A DNA stretch of 48,124 bases, filler included, from Catajapyx aquilonaris (lineage: Eukaryota): assembly GCA_000934665.2 (NCBI GenBank). It is 2 parts of 2 records of this genome, joined end to end, with 100 filler letters (N's around TTAATTAATTAA, not from the genome) between each part and the next. Parts side by side here need not be neighbours in the genome. Positions count along the whole stretch, not along the records: positions 24,099 to 48,124 come from JYFJ02005590.1; 1 more part is not named here. One strand, written 5' to 3'. The position numbers were made by a program, and so were the translations under genes. This document shows, piece by piece, positions 35,445 through 47,297 of the stretch; the stretch's first letter is position 1, and each line of letters begins with the position of its first letter. The notes under the pieces were generated by a model. It saw only the letters and a list, made by a program, of their open reading frames with translations. It was not told the origin of the DNA and did not search any database.

Positions 35445-38400
35445 TCAGTGCATCGGAAGTTCACACACAAACTTATGATCTTTGGATATACACTGAGGGT
35501 CATTGTCCTTGAGGATACAGTATGGTCTCTTCATGCTCTGTCTTCTTTCCCTCTCCCAGACTGCACCTTCTTTGTCTCTGACCTCCGGAGAAGCGTCGTA
35601 ACTCTCGACCCAGTACTGTTCAAGGTAGCCCATACCACCTTCCAGATGCGTTCGAATACCTTCGCTCTCTTTGGCCGAATTTATCTCGGCCAGAACACCG
35701 TGGTCGAGGGACACGCAGAAGTCCTTTGCCTCCGCCCACTTCACTTCGTTTTCGCTGATGTAGTAGCAACCAGTGTCCAGTCGGATGTACGGGGCTGGAC
35801 AAGGGTTTTCTGAAGTACAATAGAAGACCAGAGGATGAATCATCGTTGGTATAGTTGGGACAAGCCTGTTTATGCACCGTAGCGAGCAGTAACTGTACAG
35901 GAGCGCCACCTGGCAGTGTGGAGCACCCTCTAGCGGAAGGTGGTGGAAGGTATGTGGGTAGAGGGGCTAAGCAGTGAGGTGGCGCACCCAGTGGGCAGAG
36001 TGATAACTTCCAGCGCAAACAAACATCGTGGACAGTATTAGGTGTAATATTATTGAGAATAATGATGATAATTAGGCCTGAGCAATAGTTGTGATTACCT
36101 GGCGCTTTTAGTCGTTTGGGTTCGGCTTCACACACAAATCTAAGCTTCTTGGTGCAATTGAATTCATTGAACTCGGTTGTGTTTTCAGTTTCGCGATCAA
36201 AGTCCAATTCAAAGCTGAGGAAGTCGCATGGTTCGTGATGTCCTATCGGTTGGCTCCAAACCCAGTCTCTGTCTATCACTTCGCTGAGATCTTCCTCGTG
36301 AGGTTTGACACTGCTCATGTCCACATCACCTGCGGGTTCAGGTATATTAATAGAGACACTGACCCCCCCCCCCCCCCCAAAAAATCAAANAAAAAAAAAA
36401 AAAAAAAATGGATGACTTACGAGTGCTGAGGTATGTTTTCAGAGTGAGCTCCTCATTGGGAGAGTCCACCTTGAGTAGTGTTCCGGACATGTTGGTGCAG
36501 TACTCACTAGCCTCATCATAAGTCATCCTGTCCGGTTGGCTGTAATAGTAGCACCCTTGGAAACCGATTTCGTAAAATCCTGGTGGACATGTCAGGTATA
36601 TGTCTGGATTTTCTGTGGAGGAAATTTAGCTTGTTATTTTGTTCTGAAGGGAGTATGTGAATGGAAACGTACTGTCGGCTATCCACATTCGCTCCTCAGT
36701 CTCGCAGATGAAGGAATAACGTGTCGAGCAGTTAACTCTGTTCCACATAAAGGTCTCGTTGTGTTCCATCACAGCGCAATCCCCTGGTATGGTATAGTCA
36801 TGCCAATTGGAGTAAATCAACGGAGATTGAGTATGTTCCCAGACCCATCTTTCTTGCTCTTCCAGATCATTGGCTCCGATGTAATAGTCGCGTGGCACCA
36901 CTGGAAATGTAACACATTGAGACGAATAACATGATGGTATGAAAACGGGTACGTACTGACTCCTAGGTAATTCCGCAATATTGTGTCTTCAGCTTCACTC
37001 TCTATTGAAGCCAGATATCCCCTGGTGTCCTGACAGTACGCTCTGGCTCCCTCAAAAGTGGTCGTATGCATTCCGCTGAAGAAGTAGCACCCTGTGTTTC
37101 CAAGTTTTAAGTAGCCTTTCGGACAGCTCACAGACACTAGAGGTTTCCCTATAGAAATATTGTAGGTTAAATCACATTTTTCTGCCGAATATGTCAGTTT
37201 ACCTTTAGCAAACCATTGCCTCTGATCAGTCTCGCAGATGTAAGGAAGCACCTCACGACAAAGAACCTGCTCCCAGTACAGGTCAGTGGTGTTGACCAAC
37301 TGCTGAATAGCTCCACAGTCCTTATCGTTGTCCTGAACTCGTTCTCGCCAATCAGAGTACAGCACTAGGCTGTCATCACCTATCCAGTGCCACACACCTT
37401 CTTCCTTTCGGTCGTTGGCTCCTATGTACGCCGCTGGAGCTTTCCCTGGGCGAAACAGTGTACTGTTATGTTAAACAAACAATGCTTGTGAATGACCTTT
37501 TACTGACAGACGTTGAACAGCTGGTGCTTGAGAGCCTCATTTTCTTCCAAGGAAGTGAGTCTGGCCAGATATCCACCCATCTCGTAGCAGTCCACTTGTG
37601 CTACACCCCATACGTACTGGGTATGACCGCTGAAGTAGTAGCAGCCAAAATTTCCTACCTTGTCAAACCGACGAGGACATCTGGTGTGCATCTCAGATTT
37701 GTCTAGTTTGTATAGAAAGTGTTAGTGTTTGCCAAACCATTTTTGAAGATGTTGAGGACTGACCAGGAGCATTCCATACACGATGGCTGGATTCGCACAC
37801 ATACTGAGGGGCATACTTGCAGTCGGTAGTGCATCGGGCGCTGTCAGCTGTGGCTAGGACAACACACGACTCTTTTCTGCCTCGAGAGTACGAGTGGACC
37901 TTCCAGAACTCGTATGTCACCAAGACCTTCTTGTCTTCCCAGATCCAACGTCGCAATTTGAAGTCATGGTCAGCCACCAGGAACTTACCTCCACCCAAAT
38001 CTATATGTAGACATAATTATGATCTAGAATTTTCACTCATCCTGTCAACCATGTGTGAACAGCACGTGAAGGTGACTGATGCAGTTTGAATGCCATACAT
38101 CACTATCAAGGTTATGCACGAAACGCACGTGTTGGTTATGCCTCAGTAGGTACACTGTGCTATTATTTATCCCGTTGCAAAAAAAATGAATCGGTTCGAT
38201 GGGTAGGTAATAGTCAGTGCTGCCACATGTAATTATGACCTAATGGACTCACTTCTTCTGATGTGATTTCTAAGAGCTTCCTCCTCAGTCTCATCTCCAT
38301 CCATTGTGGCCAAATATGCATCTGACCTATAAAAGGTGCAGTTGGTATGCGACTCACTGCAGTTAGCCTTTTCTTTGATGAAAGCATAGCAACCTCCATT

Positions 38401-38775
38401 CTTCACATATGTAAACCCAGGTGTACACTCAGTTCCTCCAGGCTTCCTAATTTTCTTTGCTGATGAACTAAGGATATTCCGGCCAATCTTGTGGAACTGA
38501 TGCTGACCCAGCACATACACCATGCTTCCCATGTTGTCATTACAGGTCGTGTTCATGTCTTCTCCAACAGCATCTTCTTCTTCAGGGTAGAAGCAGGTCA
38601 TGACCACATTTGGAGCTGTTGGTCACCATTGGTAATTACTCCACCATTTATTTTTGTATATAGAAATTAACTTACATATTGGTCCAAATTCATCCATGAC
38701 CGGTGTGGCCTCAGCAGCCTGGACCACATTCCACCTGAGCACCACCAACAGCAACACACCACACAAGATGTCCAT
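35445..38775 (-). CDS. Secreted multi-domain C-type lectin C (signal peptide + 5 CTLDs, ~781 aa, 10 exons)
   Basis: Exons 38775-38676, 38615-38253, 38000-37764, 37702-37508, 37445-37203, 37148-36957, 36900-36673, 36612-36421, 36329-36099, 35809-35445. Signal MDILCGVLLLVVLRWNVVQA. Confidence 0.88.
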
Positions 38776-39204
38776 TGTGGTCACCCACCAACTATTGAAA
38801 ACTATAGGAAAGTGTTGACACTATGCGACATATGCCCCCCCTCCTTCACTTCCGGTTTCCGTCCATGCGTGACATGTTTTGCTTCCAGCTGGGCCTGATA
38901 AACCGGAGTAAGTAATTAGTAACTGCGCCGCTTTGCAAAGAGGAAATTGCGCCCCGGTTTATTCAAATCTGCCTTGACGCTTTCTAGTTACATAAGGGCT
39001 TATAGGCGCCGCCGGAAGATAGTTTCATGAGCGTCCATGAGCAGAGTTATAGTGCTATATCGCGTGAGGGTTTCCCACGCATCTGTGTCAATGAAAGTTA
39101 GGACAAGGCCTTCAGCACTTTAGCAAGGTGAAGGGTGCAGGTGGAAATACCTTCACCTTGTAAGAGTGGTTGCTTAGGATCCAGGCTGGCAGTTTTATGT
39201 CCTA

Positions 39205-39425
39205 CTAAGCTGCGATACCCGGCGTTGCTCGGGAAGAAATGAATGGAAAGCAAGCTGAAAAGGACAGGCAAAAAAATACATGTAATTAAGAATCTTAATT
39301 AAAGAAAGGCCGGGTCGGAAGGAGAGGTTGGAGGTGTAGGAGGCGGACCACAGATGGCAGGCAAATGACGGTCGGCGTTCCAGGCGGACAGACAGACAGA
39401 TCACAAACGGCTTTATTTATATAGA
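39205..39425 (-). mobile_element. Non-autonomous Helitron with (CTGT)n microsatellite
   Basis: Minus strand A|TCTATATAAATAAAGCCGTTTGTG..(CTGT)n ... CCCGAGCAACGCCGGG hairpin .. CTTAG|T. Second copy at 43281-43575. Confidence 0.7.
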
Positions 39426-39527
39426 TATAGCTATATTAGTGACTAATTTGAATGATGGAAATGAGAAAAACTTATACGTAGACTTTGCTGTATTAATCAG
39501 CTATAGGTTGTTATAAAATGTACAGTA

Positions 39528-39795
39528 CAGTACTGGACATTAATTCCGTCATACTGCTAGCGACATTTTCAGAATCGGAAGACGTGCAAATCGAAGTGCT
39601 AGCCGTGCGAGTAAGAAATTGTAGCCCTTGGGTGACGTCACTGGCTGGGGACAAGCCTTTTCTCCATGGCCTCCCAGACGGCGACGTCACTCAAGGCCTA
39701 CCTCTTCTTACTCGCACGGCTCACAGCTTCGATTTGCCCTTCTTCCGCATCAGAAAATGTCGCATGCAATATGACGCGATTAATATCCAACACTG
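39528..39795. mobile_element. TA-flanked palindromic MITE (second copy at 43788-44018)
   Basis: TA|CAGTACTGGACATTAAT ... ATTAATATCCAACACTG|TA, with internal inverted G(T/C)GACGTCAC blocks. Confidence 0.75.
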
Positions 39796-40122
39796 TACTG
39801 CCAATATATATTTCGTCAAAACTATCAACACTAATGGGTTGAGTAGAGAAGTGACTGAATGGGCTTTTATAATGCAAAAGTTATTTTGGGTATAGCTCCA
39901 GGATACCATTGCAGTCCAGTTTCTTGTGACGACGAATGGCCTGAATATTTATTGCATCAGTAGTTTGCAAAAATGTTCATTCTGCATTAATTACGGAAGC
40001 AATGTACTGTACAAGAAAATGGTGAGAATCCGCACAAAAACTCAAGTCATCAAAAAAATGTAAACGACACACATTTCATTTATTACAATAATCCCTGCAA
40101 AAAAAAGACACCACGATGACAA

Positions 40123-42799
40123 TCATGTGTCTGGAGCGATTCTTTTGTCAGTCTCACACACAAAGTTAATTCTCTGATCACAACTGGTGGCGGACCACTG
40201 GTACATTTTCTCAGCATGTACGCTCCACATGATGCAACTCTTGCTTCTGTCTCCATCATCAGGCTGTCCTCTAGTCCAATCAGTGAATCTCACTGGTGTT
40301 TCAGTGTCCGCCCAATTCCACTGTCCTCTGGAGGTGATCTGAGCTCCCATGAACACATCAGTCTGGAACACTGAAGAGTTCAAGGTATTAACTGTGCAAA
40401 ATGTGTGACAAATTTTGAGACTCACCTTTTTGGATCTCGAATCTGAGAGCGTCGTTTTCGAAGGCTGTTTCCACTCGGACCAAATAGCTGTTCAGGTCAC
40501 GACACTTGGAAGCTGCTTCTCTGAAAGTTGCCAGCTCGTTTTTGTTCATGTAGTAGCATCCGAAGTCTTCGATTTTGCGGAAACCAAGAGGACAGTCGCG
40601 GTGTATATCAGGATTTTCTGGGGACGAAAAGTTCATGAAGTCGCTGTCAAGAACAGCTACTTTGATTGTCCTGCATGACATCATAAGACAATCTATACCA
40701 AAATTTGTGGAGAAAACCCATCCGAAATTCCTGAGAATTGTACAGAAGTGTTTTCATGCTGAATTGACATATCTTTATGAATGACAACAGGATGAGACTC
40801 CTGCACGACATCATTCGTGTGTTGCCTGCTCGTATGTATTGTACGTCACCTTTGGAAATCCATTCACGCTGGTCAGTCTCGCAGATGAATGCATATTTCC
40901 CGTTGCAATTCACATCCTCCCATTGGAGGTCGCAGTCAGCGAAGGCGGACATGATGACACAGTCTTCGTTGCCTCTGTAGTCGTTCGGCTCGTCTTTGTA
41001 CCAGTCAGACATCAACTGGGGTTGACCATAAGGCTCCTGTAGCCAATACCCTTCGTCTTTGATGTCGGATAATCCTATGTAGTAGTCCTGCATTCCAACT
41101 GTCAGAAAATGAACAATGTATAGTACAGTTTTGCAGTACAGTCTTATTCACTTACTGCGACGTATGTAGCTTTGCAAAGCTTCCAGTTGTTCATGACTTT
41201 TGATGGCGACCAAATGACCTGACATGTCTTCGCATTCCTTCCGTGCGTCTGCAAAGGTGGCCTTTTCCTTTCCGCTGAATCTGTAGCATCCTTTTGAACC
41301 CATCTTGATATATCCTTGAGGACACCTCACCAACACATCCGCCTTCTCCTCCATGTCTACAAAACAGTACAAATTCACATATCGCAAAGATTGTCTATAA
41401 AGCTGGATAAATTAGTAATCAGCAACTTAATTAAAGACATACCTGGTGAGAACCAAACTCGCTGATAAGTTTCGCACAAGTAGCCAAGTTGCTTCAGACA
41501 AGCCTCGTTTTGATTCAGGTAAACAGTTTCGCGGAAAGGGGCTAATATGGCACATGTTTGGACGCCTCCTGATGAACTGACGTACACGGGACTGTCCAGA
41601 GCTGAAACAAAAAAAATATGGTTTGATCAAGTTCATGAATATTTTCATGGGAAGAGTCCCGTACTTTTTCGCACTTCAAGACGAAGAGCCCTGGTTTCCT
41701 CTATGCTCTCAATGACTGCCAAATGTCCTCCATGTTCACGACATCTGTCTGATGCTGTCTCAGCGCTGACTTTCTCATCGTAGCTGACGTAGTAGCATCC
41801 GAGGCCACCCATGTTGAGGAAGTCTTTTGGACATCGTGTGTGTGTCTCCTCCTTGGCTGTGGTGAGGACAACATTACAATTGAAGAAACAGTCACCATTG
41901 TGAACATACCAGGAGCAATCCAGCTGAGACGTTCTGATTCGCAGATGTAAGCGTTTCTTTCCTGGCAGTTGACGTCCATCCATTGGAAATGGTCTCCAGG
42001 ATATGCGGATATAGCAGCACAGTGTTCCTTCTGGAGAGCATTGTTGGGCTCACCGGGTTTCCAGTCTGCGTAGTTGACTGCCTCATCCGATTCTTCCCAC
42101 TTCCATCTCCCAGCGCTGTTGTTGTTATGAGCACCGATGAAATGGTTCATCAAGTTGACTGAAACACACAACAATAATAGTAACGCCGATAACAAGTTGC
42201 AATGACAACTAACTTTTAGAGATATAGCCTTTGAGAGCCTGGTTTTCCTGCTCATTTTGAATGGTGACTAGATGACCCCCTCGTGACTGACACTTCTGCT
42301 GTGCCTCGCTCCAAGTGACCTCCTCTCCGCTGAAATAATGGCAGCTGGTATCCAGAATTCGGATGAAGCCTGCTGGACAATCGGAAGGCGATCTGTTCTT
42401 GGTCATTGGTGGATGAGGAGGCCTAACAATGGCCAGCTTGCCATTCTTTCTCTGGCACTCCTCAGCCTTCTCCTGCCACTTCTTATCAGGATCGTCCCCT
42501 CTAGGATAGCAAATGTGCTCGACTTCTTCCCCTGCAATAGTCCTACTCTATAACTGACTCCTGAGGAACGTTGTTGACAATGTGTTTCACTTACAGATGG
42601 AAGTGTTGCACATCTTTCCAGCATATCCCAGCTCACACCGACACTTCCGATGTCCGACACACTCTCCGTGTCCGCATCCATCTGGACACCTGTTGTCCAC
42701 CCTGGTTCCTCGCACCATCTCAGCCGCCAGAAGCAGCGCCATCAGCATCAGGAGCGCCATCATTCTGGTACGACCGTTCATCATCTCGACTCGGTCCAT
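40123..42799 (-). CDS. Secreted EGF + 4-CTLD C-type lectin D (~670 aa, 9 exons) with EPN, EPN and QPD motifs
   Basis: Exons 42799-42595 (start ATG uncertain), 42531-42214, 42158-41910, 41856-41665, 41601-41443, 41356-41156, 41098-40850, 40617-40426, 40370-40123. EGF module CPDGCGHGECVGHRKCRCELGYAGKMC. Confidence 0.88.
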
Positions 42800-43094
42800 T
42801 TGCGCCAATTTTTATCGGGCTTGTTTTTGAGTTTCATCACCCAGTCCAGTACATTATCTATGGCCAGGAAGCGGAACGGGGCCAGGCCCTTCCTCCTCCA
42901 AACACCCCACCACCACCACCAAACCCCCCCTATAGTTGTCACTGCACACGGCCAAGCACATGCCCTTGATCTACTGTTGCGAAGTTTGACATCACGGAAA
43001 TCGTAATTCATCGAACACTTTGCAAAAATTATTACACAAATTCGACACCAAGTTTATTGCTTTTAAATTCGCACAAATTGGAGCCCTTGGCAAG

Positions 43095-46000
43095 CTACTT
43101 GCGAGAGAACCTCAGCTTGTTCAGCATGACTTCAAACATGGTGTTTCTCTCCAGAGCCTTGTTTTGCACAACTTCTTTTGGTACATCCGGTATCGCGTAA
43201 GACAGAACTCCTGTCAGAGCAAACACCACGTGCTGTCCAACACAAAACAGTCAGAATTCACACTATGAATTTATACAGTACTAGCTGCGGCCGTTGCCCG
43301 GGAAGAAATGAATGAAGGGAAAACACCTGCCAGTACCCCCGTCAACTGTCTGTCTTTATGTGTGTCCGCCCACCAATGCCATCTGTGGTCCTGCTACTCC
43401 AACACCTTCAACCTCTCCCGCCTGTATAACGGCAACCTTCATTTGCCTGCCATCTGTATTCAACCCCCAACACCTCCATCCTATCCCTGCCTGGGGGTGG
43501 AGCACAGATGGCAGCCAAATGACGGTTGGCAGGCGGACAGACAGACAGACTCACAAACGGCTTTATTTATATAGATTTGAACCTACCTCAAAGACAACGA
43601 TGAGAGAAAGTCGAGCTGCAGTGACGTGCCAATATTTATCGGAGTATTCGTAAGCATCATGATGGTCAGGATCATTTCGAAACGCCCTGTACCGGCAGAT
43701 TCCTGGATCAAATTCGCCTTCATCCAAAATTGGTCTCGCAGCATCGGAGAAATCAGACGTGTTGAACACTGCAGAAATGGCTCGGTACAGTGTTCAGAAT
43801 TCGGCAGAAGTGCAAATCGAAGTGTGAGCCGTGAGAATCAGAAGAGGTGGGCTTTGAGTGACGTCACCAGCTGGGGGGCAATGGAGAAAATGCTTGTCCC
43901 CCCATCCAGTGACGTCACGCAAGGGCTACCATTTCTTACTCGCACGGCTCGCACTTCGATTTTCACGTCTGCCACTTCGGAAAATGTCGCTAGCAGTCGG
44001 AATAAACGTCCAGCACTGTACTGGTACGAGTGGTCAGTGTCACACTTTTTTACCTGCTAGAGACGACTCGACATATCCGTTGAGGCTCATATCAGGCGAG
44101 TACTCGTACTTGTAAACCATTTGCGGTACAAAATCGCTTGTGAACGCGATGATCATTGCCTGAAATATTGTTATCCATCATTCACACTGTAATGATTGGT
44201 TTGTTGTCGCTTACTGTACGTTGGTGACAATCGCGGTGTAGGTGATTCCTTGCAGAATTCCGTACCAGGCTCCGATGTCCTGCGCCTTCTGGGCCAATGG
44301 ACGCCTCTGCTGCACCAACATCTTGTAGGCATCAAGTCGTATCTCCAGGATGTTGTTCAAAAGCGCAAAAAAAGGCGCCAATGGAAAGGCAGTCACGAAC
44401 AGCGTCACAAACCCATACTGGACCACTGATGGAAATATTTTGTAAAAGATAAATCAGGATGATTCGCATCAAAAAGCCCAAAGCGTGAGGAAAGATGATG
44501 CGCTTTATCCTGAAGCGCTCTCACTTTGACAGTTTAGAAACCTCACCCATCTCGAGGTACTCCCCGAAGAGGCTCAGTTCGTCCGTTCCCTTCAGTCTGT
44601 AATCATGTTCCCATTTGGGCAACCACCAGTGATCCTGATGAAGTGCTCCTCACCTTCCATTTTCTCACGTAATTTTGGATCGCCCTGGAGGAACAACAAA
44701 ATTGATGATCTGATTGCGTGTGTGCACCACCATATCTTACGGGAGGAAGAACTCCATGAAGTTGCCGATGGCCTGCTTGCCCACCATGGTGATGGACAGT
44801 TGGATGAACAGCTCGGACAAACATCCAGCCACGTCACATCTGTCATCACGCAATGCGAACAAATCAAACTTTTTGTTTTCTCTCTGAATGCCTGGGTTGT
44901 GGTAGAAGCGTCCCTGTTATGTGAAGAAATGTTTAGGACAAACTAGGAAGCATGTCCAATTAAGTACCGTACCAGGGAGCATATACTACATAAGAGGCGC
45001 AAACTTCTGTCAGCGCCATTGATTTCCGCGTCTCTGTTTGGGGCCGTTGGCAAGGCTGGCGGCCATTTTGAAGTGGGGGCAACGTCAACGAGGTATAAAT
45101 AGGGTACAGGAAAAAAGTAGGGTCCGCCATCTTTGATGGTTTTGGCCGCCTTCGCAACTACACGGCGGCAAGGACACGCCCGAATCAATGATGGCGGCGG
45201 CCAGTACCCTATTTATACCTCGTTGGCGTTGCCCCCACTTCAAAATGGCCGCCAGCCTTGGCAATGGCCCAAACAGAGAGACGCGGAAATAGAATGTTTG
45301 CATATGCTCCCTGACCGTACCTTGAAGAATGCGATGTATATGAGAGCCGAGTAGTAGTTGAGGAACTGGAAGAGGAACATCTTGAAGGTGAAGCTATCTT
45401 CGAATTCCCCTCTGGTCCTTGGGAATTCCTTGTTCGTGAGCCACAAAGCCAGCTTATGGTACACCTGCGACAACCGACAAGTCCTATTTAACCCTCTCGG
45501 TACCGGCGCCGTATTTTACGGCGCAAGTGTCACGGTGCATGGACCTACATACCCAGTTCAGCATGAAGATGAGGCCCAGGTTGATGCAAGCGGCTGTCGT
45601 GGACGTGATCAGCTTGGAATATTTCAGGAACACATCCCTGACCACCTCTTCGTCACTCGAGTTTATCAACCTCCCAACAACAACGCGGTACTGTATCACC
45701 CCGACCATCACACCGATCACGACAAACAGCTGGAAAAGGGCAGCATACCCATCTGTAAACAACTCCATCAGACACACTGCTTTCATATGACTTGCCATGA
45801 ATAGGACGAAGGAGCTGACACCAAAGGTCCGCACAGTCTTTTTCCATATGGGCAAGTACAGTTCGGGTGCTTTGGTCACCGGGTTGATCCTCGTAGTCTT
45901 GACCTCGGCCTCGAACTCTGGCCTTAGCACCTCTTCGGCTTCCTTGGTGCCCAGGTCCCACTCCCATCCAAGCACAGCCTGCCTTCGCTTCCATAGCTCC

Positions 46001-47092
46001 AGGAAGACAGTGGCTGCAAGTACACATGACCTTTGACCTCCTGCCGAAATAGTGTCGGGTGCAACTTACCCCAAAAGGCCATGAATATTGCGAAGAAGAC
46101 TGTGGCCGGGTTGTCGATCGGATAGGTCAGCTTTGAGAACAGACACGAGTCGCTCAGGTTCCAGTAGTTACAGTACTTGTCGCACAAAGGACACATTATC
46201 AGCTTGCCGGCGCCATTCTTGTCGCACACCTCTCGTCTGGAATGTCAGGTATACCGTAAGATGTGCTTGTCTGTACCATACATTGTTATGAACACTTACA
46301 CTGGAATGTAGTTGTCGGTGTCTGTGGAGAAGATGCCATATATGAAACAGAGGATTCCGACCACCGATGCCGGTATGAGCATCTTGGTGTAGAATCCAAG
46401 CCATGCAAAGTAGAGGGCAATCTTGTTACCGAAGTACCTCCGTATAAGCCACAGTGGCTGCTCCTTGAAGCACCTGCGCAGTCTAGCCCACTCCAAGTAC
46501 AGAATCTGGAACAGATTTCAAATGTTGGTACGAGTAAACAAAAAAAAAGTTTTGGACAAACGTATCCTAGGTAGGATTGTCCGGAACTTTCTTTAACGTA
46601 CTCTTCTGTTGTTTTGCATTCCTGTCTTGTCGCAGTCCATATCGTATGGTCCGTCGTGGAGTGGATAGGCAGCCTTGAACACGTCTTTCTTTATAAGACG
46701 AGTTATTCCTATCTGGAAAATTCACATATATTTCTGTAGTGAACTGTGCGCAATGTGGAGTACAGGTGGTACTGTACCTCCAGAGCCTCGTTGCCATATC
46801 TGGCTCGATTGAGGGACTGCCATACCATTTGACTCCTCTGCGCAGAAGTGAAGAATGTGTCACGATCCGTCAAGAGAAATCTGGAATCAACATTATGCAT
46901 TATGTTTGCGCAATCACTGACACGTTATCATCATTTGTACGCAAACTTATTGCGTACAAGCTCTCCTTGTTCCGGATGTAAGAAGCCATTATGTAGTCCT
47001 TCTCTTCCGGAAGGCAACGTGGATCTAACCGGAACGGGTTATGCCGATGCCACCAGGACCGATGGCTGTAATCTATGCCTTCATTCTCCTGC

Positions 47093-47164
<72 letters not shown>

Positions 47165-47218
47165 AGCCTCTTTTCAAGCATAGTAGCCTCTTTTCCTTCA
47201 ACAAATAAAACCTGTCAC

Positions 47219-47297
<79 letters not shown>

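Noticed and set aside
35620..36324. 234-aa ORF as a stand-alone gene
   Set aside because: It is lectin C exon 9 reading through an intron into the wrong frame.
28198..42799. One giant mannose-receptor-like gene
   Set aside because: Each unit has its own signal peptide and stop codon, and no transmembrane segment is seen; four genes fit better.
45488..45525. TTAA-CCCT piggyBac-like terminus with a small hairpin
   Set aside because: No partner TIR or second TTAA; too short to call.
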